A stretch of 64,000 bases of DNA, taken from Octopus sinensis (lineage: Eukaryota). The stretch lies in assembly GCF_006345805.1 (NCBI RefSeq), contig NC_042999.1, forward strand, positions 167,214,001 through 167,278,000, given 5' to 3'. The first letter of the stretch is position 1, and each line of letters starts with the position of its first letter. The translations under genes and the position numbers were made by a program. The notes under the pieces were generated by a model. That model searched no databases and was not told the DNA's origin. It saw only the letters and a program-made list of their open reading frames with translations. Below are positions 55,096 to 64,000 of this stretch, one piece after another.

Positions 55096-56579
55096 CCGCT
55101 ATAACGTTAAGAATTGGAGAAATTTTGGTTTCTTTTATTTGAATCCCAGAGCATTTATTTTTGGAAGAGCGAATGAAACGTAATGTGACGTCAATACCTT
55201 CTCTAAAGCATTTAGCATTGTAAATAATTATTTCTGATTTACCACAAGGCCAGCAATTTTGGGAGAATAGGGTCAACAGATTAGATGTATCCCAGTATTT
55301 AACAGCAGCTTTGTCTTGTCGATTCCGAAGTGATGAAAGGCAAAGTTGAACTCACAGAGATTTCAACTCAAAGCGTAAAAAATAACAAATATGAATATAA
55401 GATCTGTTATGCCCAGGGTTTGTTCAAATATATTAATTAGATTATGAATCAATGATATCAAAGGTTACGGAAAACATTTTAGATTTACTTCCATCGTTAC
55501 TTTTAAAAGAAAATTAATTTCGATGTTATTTTTGAAAGTATTGGCTTAATCTATTAAAATGCTTCCAAATTGATAGCTAGAAATCTATGTGTTGCTATGT
55601 TCATACCTATCCCAAAAATAAGAATAGTATAAGAATACTTAAATGATACCAGGTTCGCAGATTCAAATTTTATTCCCAAGTATTTGTGCTTAGTTAATAA
55701 ATATAATGAATCTCCAAAACTTCGAGAAAGCTGACAAATTTGTTTCACTTCATTTACTACATGAATATTCACGTGAACCCTATAACCATTACACTTCACA
55801 TTTACCCTCGCCCTACATATCTTATGCTTCATACCTCACTTGAAGTCGCAACAGGGGACCCTTCTTCGTAGTTTTTCTTAACATAGTTTGTTATATTGTT
55901 TAAAGAGGTTAGGTTACACACAAAGTGTGCATGCTTATAATATTTAGTAGATGTAATATAAAAGATATTTTCAAAAAATACCTCCACGACGCTATTTTTG
56001 CGTGTAGATAATTATTTGATCAGTTTTTAGCAAGTAACATATTAGCGTAGTTATCTAGATAAAACATCCATTTGATATCTTTCTCCCTCGACTCTAGCCG
56101 AGTGACACAAACAAAGCGTAGATTAAATATTCCCAAACTAGATTAAAAGCCAGTATTTCGAAACTTAAGATATATAAATGTGAAAAATGTGGAGAATTCA
56201 ACTGTATGACAGAGGTACACTAATCATTTGTAACATATTCTGCTGGATTAATTTTTCGATATCACTCATTAAAGAAACTTTACGAATATGGTAAATATGG
56301 TAGAATAATGCTGCTTTTCAAGTAATGCTTTCCAAAATTGATTCTGGTGTTGAAAATTGGATTAGCATATAAAAAATATTAGATTGCTGTCTGATATAAA
56401 GTAGAGACGATGGAAGGCTTATGGAAATGGGTAAACAAGTACACAGTAGAGTACTTATTCTAAGAACAAAAGTACTTTGTTCTAAAAACAAAATGCAATG
56501 GCAAGTTCCAACGACTGCAAAGTGGTTTTCTTTCCTAGACCAAAACATTTTCGTTTCATATTCTTGTTGCTGATAATAT

Positions 56580-56781
56580 CGGTTCCAAATTTGGGTACAA
56601 GGTCAACAATTTCGAGGAAAGGGAATAAGTCGATTACATCGACCCCATTTTTCAACTGGTAGTTATTTTAACGACCTCGAAAGATGAAAGCGAAAGTGGA
56701 ACTCGGCGGAATTTGAATACAGACCGTAGAGACGGACGAAATGCCACTAAGCATTTTGCCCGATGCGCTAACGGTTCTGCC
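56580..56781 (-). mobile_element. Family C SINE (tail type 1)
   Basis: Head, core and tail motifs on the minus strand. Confidence 0.8.
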
Positions 56782-58885
56782 TTTTGTTGTTAATAATATC
56801 ACAGAAAAAATATGACTGTCACAGCTTCCCATTTCTCGTACTACAAAAAAATGATGTGTTTTTTTGAGAGTAAAAGAGTAAAAAAAGAAAAGAAACATGT
56901 TTATATAGTTCCCTGAGACACGTTTTCAAACTTAGTGTAGTATTCCCGTAAGTATTTGACTTAATTTCAGTGCGAGTAAACAAGTTCAAAATCACGTCTC
57001 ATTGCTATGATCAGTTTAACCGCAGAGATAATTGTGTTGGGAATATTACATCAAGAATTTTTACTTGGGTTACTTGAGCATCAGAGATAGAAAATTTCTA
57101 GGTAGAAAATTCGTTGTGAGATAAGATAAGAAATAACTGGGTTAGGGAAAAGGAAGTAATGCTATGATATAAACAATTTTTAAATCTACGATCAGACTCA
57201 GGTTTTGTTTATTACTGGCAGTTTGTTGATGAGGGTGTTTCACTGGAGGAGAAGGGCTTTGCTTCTTAGTCGGAAGCAAGGGAAAAGATTTTCTCTATAG
57301 ATATTTGATCAGACAGTTGATAACCTCTTCGCAATATTCGAATGGATTTCATAAGTGGTTGGCATTTATATTTAAAAGAAAATAAATAAATAGATAAATA
57401 CATAAATACATAAATAAATAAATAAATAAAACATCGGTAGATTATGTAAGGCTACGTATGGAATTGGACATACTACATAGTTTTGAATGACTGGATCTTC
57501 AGAATTAAGATCTATTTCTACATAAGAGTACTTTTGACTTTTAATGCTTGTAAATCATTTACATCAAATACTCTCAACCCATTTTGCCAACCCTTTTTGG
57601 TCCTTTTTTCCCCTTAGAAAATACTTTTATTTATCAATATACTAGTTATTTTGATATCAGCAGATAATGATTAAAAAATAAAGGACAACATTTTACATAT
57701 GTGCTTGTACGCAGTCGGGAGTACAGATGTACAAATTGAAATGCAAGAAAAAACGAAATAATGAATTGAAAGTTTGGTAATTGCATTTATTTCCACCACG
57801 CGACACTTATGAGATCAACATGTTGCCTATCTTTGGTACAAGTAAATTCCGTTGAAACCATTTCAAACCTTTCCGATTTCCTTTATCAAAACAGCTAGAA
57901 CCTATGCAACAATCTGACATAAGTTATTGTCACCCAGGAAGATGATTTTTATGCTCAAGAAAGAGTGTATTTGATAGAAATTGTTGAAATACATATGTAC
58001 TTCATATAAGTAGCAAATTGTGGAGGATGGTATTCACTGTACTTGGATCTAGTTAGTTTGAGTCACAAAATCAGCCCCCTTTTATTTAGGATCTAGTTTG
58101 TTTCATTCACTAAATCTGCATTTTTAAATGGAAGTAAAAAATCTGAAAATTGGTTATCTTGATGCAGTTCTCCATGCTTATTCCTATGAAGCCATGAACT
58201 TCTGGAGAAAAAATTTGACATGCACAAATTTTTTTTTTTTAATTTGAGATTTTAAAATATGGACAGTCTGAATCTACCATTCGTTTCTCTTTATAATTTC
58301 TAAATCATTTTTTAAATACTTCAAAATCAAAATTATGTAAATATGTGTGCCAGAAACAGTAGTTAAAAATTAAGGAAATAGATTTTGGGGGATCTCTTAT
58401 GACTGACTTTTATTCCATTATTCTAATATCTTCTGAAACTTATATATGTATAAATGCATACAGAAACATACAAATATATACACACATACATACATTTTTA
58501 AAGAGTTAGTTTTATATACATCCTTATATATATATATATAAATATTTCAGCATTTCTACACAATTATGCCCTAAAAATTTGCTCTTTATAACCTTGAGAA
58601 AATCAAATATTTCTTTTCTACAAATATGCTTCAGATTCCGATTAAATTGGAATTCATTGTGAACACCGTTTGTTCCTAAAGTAGCTTTAGAAAATTCACA
58701 CCATTAGGCTTTGTTATAAATTATATATATATATATAGCTAGGGGGCAATTTAAGTTCAGTTGCAGAAAGGAGTTCAAAACAGCAGCACACGCAATTATA
58801 TACGTACAAACATACCCATACATACACAAATACATACCTATCAGCCAGTCCCAAAAGCCTGTTTGATCCAAAGTTCTGACCATCA

Positions 58886-58917
<32 letters not shown>

Positions 58918-59878
58918 TCAGCTTTTCGTTTTTATTCATTACTTTTTTCTTTTAATAGTCTGTCACTATTCATTTGTATTTAGGCTTTGTTTAGGGGGTT
59001 TCACTTTAGCGACACCAGTTACACACAGTACCACTTGTTGTCAAAGTGGAAATAGTGTTTTTTTAAGTTTTTGAAAATTCGAAACAAAAAGGCATGAATT
59101 TCTTAAACTGACCGTCGCAGAGATGTGAAAATATGGCTACTACTCGTTAATTTCAAATTAAACTTACCAAAGACGAGGGTCTTCAAGCTTCCCAAGCTCT
59201 TAACGCTCCACTAGTGTCCCTTTGCTCCAAAACACCCCCTCAAGATCCAAATGGGCCCTCGGAGTTGGGGCATATAGTCCCCGTTGAGAATCTTTGATCT
59301 ACATCACTAACACGGACGCCTGGATTTGTTAACATTAATTCAATGACTCTTCCTTTGAGCATCGATAAAATAAGCACCAGTTGATCACTAGGGTTGATGT
59401 AATCGAATTACTCCCACTCCCAAAATTGGTGACCTTGTACAAAAATGTGAAACCAAACTAAAACTACAAGAGGCATAATTTTAGCACCACAATGTTTCTG
59501 AAAGCAAATAGCTTAATAAAGTAGAAAGAGTCTTGTGTCTGATAATAGAAAATTAAAACTAGATTGGAAATTTAAAGAGCATCTTACTGCGCTACAGCTC
59601 TGATCCAAATATTCTCTACGTTTATTCTACTTTCAATATTTTCTTTCGATTATCAAATAAATATTAACAACATACTGGAAATCATGAGAAAAAACCAGTC
59701 TGCGCCAGTTATGTCAAAATATTTGCTTTTCTCGCGACTCGCTTAAATTAAAAGTCTGTCTTATTAAATTTAACCTCGTTGCCTCTATGCTCCCTCAAAA
59801 AGAATTTCTCGCTACACCAAACACTACAGGATAACGATTAAAAATTCCAGTTTACATACATATATATATCTCTCTCTT

Positions 59879-59935
<57 letters not shown>

Positions 59936-60224
59936 GTGCGTGTGTGTGTGTGTGTGTGTGTAACGCAACTCAGTCACTGTTGTTGTTTTAGTTAAAGCTC
60001 CGGCTTTTAATCTACCCAAGGTTATCTTTCTTCGGTACTTCCCAATGAGGAAGCTTAAAGAGCCAGAACCACGCATCTGGGAAACCGTTAGAGGAAGCAC
60101 TGGGAATATATGGTGTTTTGAAACCTTTTACCAAAAGAGAAAATTTATTCTCCACGGTAACTGATGTGACTTTGCTTCAGAATATGGAATATGTCACAAA
60201 TATTTTCTAACTAATCTAAAGTTC

Positions 60225-60256
<32 letters not shown>

Positions 60257-60259
60257 ACA

Positions 60260-60291
<32 letters not shown>

Positions 60292-60297
60292 CACACG

Positions 60298-60334
<37 letters not shown>

Positions 60335-60656
60335 TCTTAAGTATATCTATTTTTTAAGCAGGTCTGAAAGGATGCATTAAAATAAATAAAATAAATCCCA
60401 TAGCAACGGCAATGTTTTCTTACACAATGTCCGCTGTCAGGTGCCACTTAAGTACTACTAGTCTTAGGGTAATGTAAAAATGCTGTTTAGTTTACAAATG
60501 GGGAAGCTAATTTACATATTGTAGTTAGTTTGACAACTGCTAACAATTTTCTGCACTGAAGACACAGCATGAACATTAAAATAATTCAGTATAGCGAATT
60601 CTTGCTTAAGTTGGTTCGCAACTTGCATTCCGCAGTAAGACTATATGTCAAATAAA

Positions 60657-61448
60657 TTGTGTTGAGTCAAAAGTTTTGCAATATCTTGGTAGCTTATTTG
60701 CTTTATTCATCAAAATAGAGGCTATCGTATTGCATCGTCTGAAGCCACCTTCCTGCAAATTCTTTGATCCCACGGTGAAACCAGTTCTTGTCCCTCGAGG
60801 TGAAGCCCCCCCCCTCTTCACTACAGTTTCTATATCCTCTTGGTTGATGAAACGTCGCAAGTGCAGTAAGTAATAACTCGAGGGAAATAATTTTCTGCAA
60901 TTCTAACATGCATAAACAGTGGTTAAGCAAGGATCAGCTTCCAGAACCTGTCTCTAAATATGGGCGTTTCGAACACAAGATGATGTTCTGCGACTGGTGG
61001 AATTACAAAGGCATAATTCACTACGAGTTCGTTCTGAACGGTCGAACCATCGATGCCAATCTATACCCGGAACAGCTGGAGCGGATGTATGCCATTGTGC
61101 AGCAAAAATATCTGGCATTTGCGATCAGAAAGCCAGCTCTTCAGCAACGAGACAATGCAAGACCTCATACTGTTCGAACGATCTGCATATAGTTCGGACT
61201 TAGCTATTTGGATTATTACTTGATCTGATCAATGGCTCACTTTCTGCACTCGCGATGCTTCATCGGCCAAAAGGAGGTGGAGTCTTCAGCGAAAGAGATT
61301 TTCGCCTCGTAGGACAAGAAATGGCATCAGTGTGGGATTAAAGAATTAGCCGAACGGTGGCTTCAGACGGTGCAATGATAGGCTGCTTTTGTAACTGTAC
61401 GAATAAAGTAAGTTACCAAAATATTGCAAAAAATTTAACTCAACACAA
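60657..61448. mobile_element. Mariner derivative with transposase fragment and 3' ends in both orientations
   Basis: ORF 60908-61192: QWLSKDQLP..KMMFCDWWNYKGIIHYE..GRTIDANLY..DNARPH, then a YSSDLA motif. TIR TTGTGTTGAG at both ends. Confidence 0.8.
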
Positions 61449-62029
61449 TATAAATATACTTTATTGAGAATTGTTTGTCAATTTTCCGGGAAAATATAAA
61501 TAGTTTATTTTAAATTATACAAAATTTTAATTAAAATTGCTTGTTTTTTTTTTCATATATCTTAGTCTGATGTAGAAGGTTGTTCGTAACAGCTATAACC
61601 TTAAGGAACGTCCACGAGATGGGTGGGGAAGAGGGGAAAAGAAATCACTTCTAAATGGGTTCGACGCAGCAAGTCAAGATATTAAATTATCCTTAGATTA
61701 GAGAACTGGTCTGAAAACATGTAATTTAATGAACTTTACTATTTGTACTCAAAAGGCAAATACTGGTGCTATACTACTGCTCAGATTAACTCTACCATCT
61801 AAAAGCAGATGAAAATCTATCGGGTGAACTATCGTCTTATTTTCGTCTACGAATTTCCACTCAGAAAGCTCAGGTCGACTAGAAGCTGTGGCAGCAGACA
61901 CTTGTTCAAAAGACTGCGCAGTTGTATAGAACCTGGAACTACGTGATTGCGAAGCGACTTTTTGAAAAACTTCGTCCAGGAAAATCCTTATGAGAAAAAA
62001 AGTGATAGATACATACACACAGACATAAA

Positions 62030-62134
62030 TGTGTGTGTGTGTGTGTGTGTGTGCGTGCGTGTGCGTGTGTGTGTGTGCGTGTGTTGTGTGTGTGTGTGTG
62101 TGTGCGTGTGTGTGTGTGTGTGTGCGTGTGTGCG

Positions 62135-62181
<47 letters not shown>

Positions 62182-62345
62182 TTGGTTATGTACATTTATA
62201 CATATATATATACATGTATATATAAATGTGTATATATAAACATACATATATATATATATATATATATAATATATATGTATATATATACACACACACACAT
62301 ATATATATGTATATATATGTGCGCGCGTGTGTGTGTGTGTGTGTA
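62030..62345. repeat. (TG)n/(TA)n compound microsatellite
   Basis: Directly visible. Confidence 0.97.
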
Positions 62346-62409
62346 TAAGTAAATAAATGGAGTTGAACGCAGATGCTATTCAAATCGTTGGCGATTTTCT
62401 TCCTGCGTC

Positions 62410-62567
62410 TTCCCTTTTATTGGACTTTCCTCTGTTTCCGAAGAAGAGCGTTTGCTCGAAACTTTAAACTATCTTTCTTTCCTTCCCTGAGCGTCTGTTA
62501 TTTCTTTACATGTACCACGTCCCCGCGTTGTTGTTTTTTTGTGTTTGTTCTTCTTTTTGGGGTTTAC
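62410..62567 (+). mobile_element. Family E-related short repeat with hammerhead-like motif
   Basis: Motif at 62434-62469; ends in (TA)n. Confidence 0.6.
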
Positions 62568-63191
62568 TATATATATATGTATACATATATATATATACAT
62601 ATATATATCAGAGCTTGGTAGTGGAGAGGGGAAGTAGTATAAGTTCTGTAGTATGCAGTTCAGTTCGGTTCAAATCTAAATTCAAATTTCACTACGAGCA
62701 ACTTTAGCTTTCATCAATCATTGAATAAAAAGTTCCAGAAATATTAGGTCACTCGACCATATATAGAAGGTGGCTAAAAGATATGAATGGTTATCCAAAT
62801 CTTTGTGGTGTTTAGTCTTGAGTACCATCACGTAGAGTACACTTCGTTTAGCTTATAAAATGTTTCCCGATACCATAACCTGCTCTTGTATAAGTATACA
62901 AATTAATTTCATTGTTTCAAGTTTTTTCCACCTAATTCTGTATTCAACATTGCTTTGTGCATATTTCAGTTGTAACGTACAACTTGCGGTAGACTCTTTT
63001 GATTTATTACCATTTCTGACAGAATCCTTAGTCTAATATTTTTTGTGTGCGAAAGCGTTCATGTAATATTATTATGGAACTAACTTGTTATTTTTGAGTT
63101 GTTTATTTAATATCGGATCTCTTTCATGTAGCAATATAAATACTGCTGTCTGTGAGTTTATATACATACACGCACGCACGCGCGCGCACAT

Positions 63192-63245
<54 letters not shown>

Positions 63246-63665
63246 GGTTATAAACTTAAGTTTTATGTCAATTTTCGGATTTCCTTTCAATCTGTAACTG
63301 CAATAATTGATGGAGCATATAGGGATACAGTTCACTTCTACGATGCCGTATCTAATGTTTCTACCCAGATTGACGCAGATTTTCACGTTGGAGTTAACAT
63401 AACAATTAGCAATCATCACTGAAGCAGCATTTTTCTCAATCTTACAGAAAGATTTTCTTATCTTTGTGACATACATATAATATTCTTTTATCTTCAATAC
63501 TGTAATTATAGTATTAAGCTAAATACTTATTTTCAAAATGTGTTATGTGAATTTTATTTCATATATTTTCAACACTGGGCTGTTTACTTATAAACATAGA
63601 TGAAGGGTTTAAACACTTGCTTATAAATATGCGCATGGTTGTCTTACTCCTGTTACGCCTACGTA

Positions 63666-63945
63666 CAGGGTCAGGCAAAATGATCTGACACATTTGTAGG
63701 TTAAATAAAAGGCAAATGAAGTAAAGAAACAAAAAAGTGTTTTTACTTTTGAAAAGTACATATAATGCCATTTTGTTTCATTATGTTTTAAAAATTAAAT
63801 CAGTCAAATGGGATCCATTATTGTCCACACACTGTCGAAGGCGTTCACGAAAGTTGTCAATAACTCGGCGGGTCATTTCATGTGGAATGGCAGTAATTTC
63901 TTGACGAATTGCATCTTTAAGTTCTGGCGGTGCGAGGTCGGCCGG
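63666..63945 (-). mobile_element. 3' end of an IS630-Tc1-mariner superfamily transposon
   Basis: TA|CAGGGTCAGGCAAAATGATCTGACAC terminus. Minus strand ELKDAIRQEITAIPHEMTRRVIDNFRERLRQCVDNNGSHLTDLIFKT* (stop 63781-63783). Confidence 0.8.
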
Positions 63946-64000
63946 TTGATTTTCGTTTCAATGCAGATCCAGTAGCTCTGAAGTTGGTAACCCATAACAA

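Noticed and set aside
59168-59300. Strong minus-strand donor TTG|GTAAGT with GC-richer upstream segment
   Set aside because: The upstream segment resembles a hAT-type MITE end rather than an exon.

Overview
AT-rich, repeat-dense metazoan genomic DNA. The SINE families and the microsatellite load look like a coleoid cephalopod, most likely Octopus; this is pattern recall, not a database result. I cannot confidently identify a host protein-coding gene. Most ORF-track entries are microsatellite read-through or pieces of transposable elements. The window is a layered TE landscape: (i) four tRNA-headed SINE families, several with exact target-site duplications (TSDs); (ii) two R4/Dong-type retrotransposon 3' ends stacked in one (TAA)n array; (iii) two diverged copies of an ORF1-only (zinc-knuckle, no RT) retroelement whose 3' tail is shared with a SINE subfamily; (iv) Penelope-like elements (PLEs), including a stop-free 340-codon GIY-YIG endonuclease-bearing 3' fragment; (v) at least six type-I hammerhead-ribozyme-like motifs from about four unrelated short elements anchored in (TA)n, one nearly intact; (vi) Helitron, mariner/Tc1 and pogo/Tigger derivatives, RTE and other LINE RT relics; (vii) a long-TIR element carrying a degenerate (TTAGGG)n array. 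The best leads are the hammerhead-bearing short elements and the ORF1-only element/SINE partnership. All alignments and folds were done by eye, so element boundaries are approximate unless fixed by a TSD or TIR.
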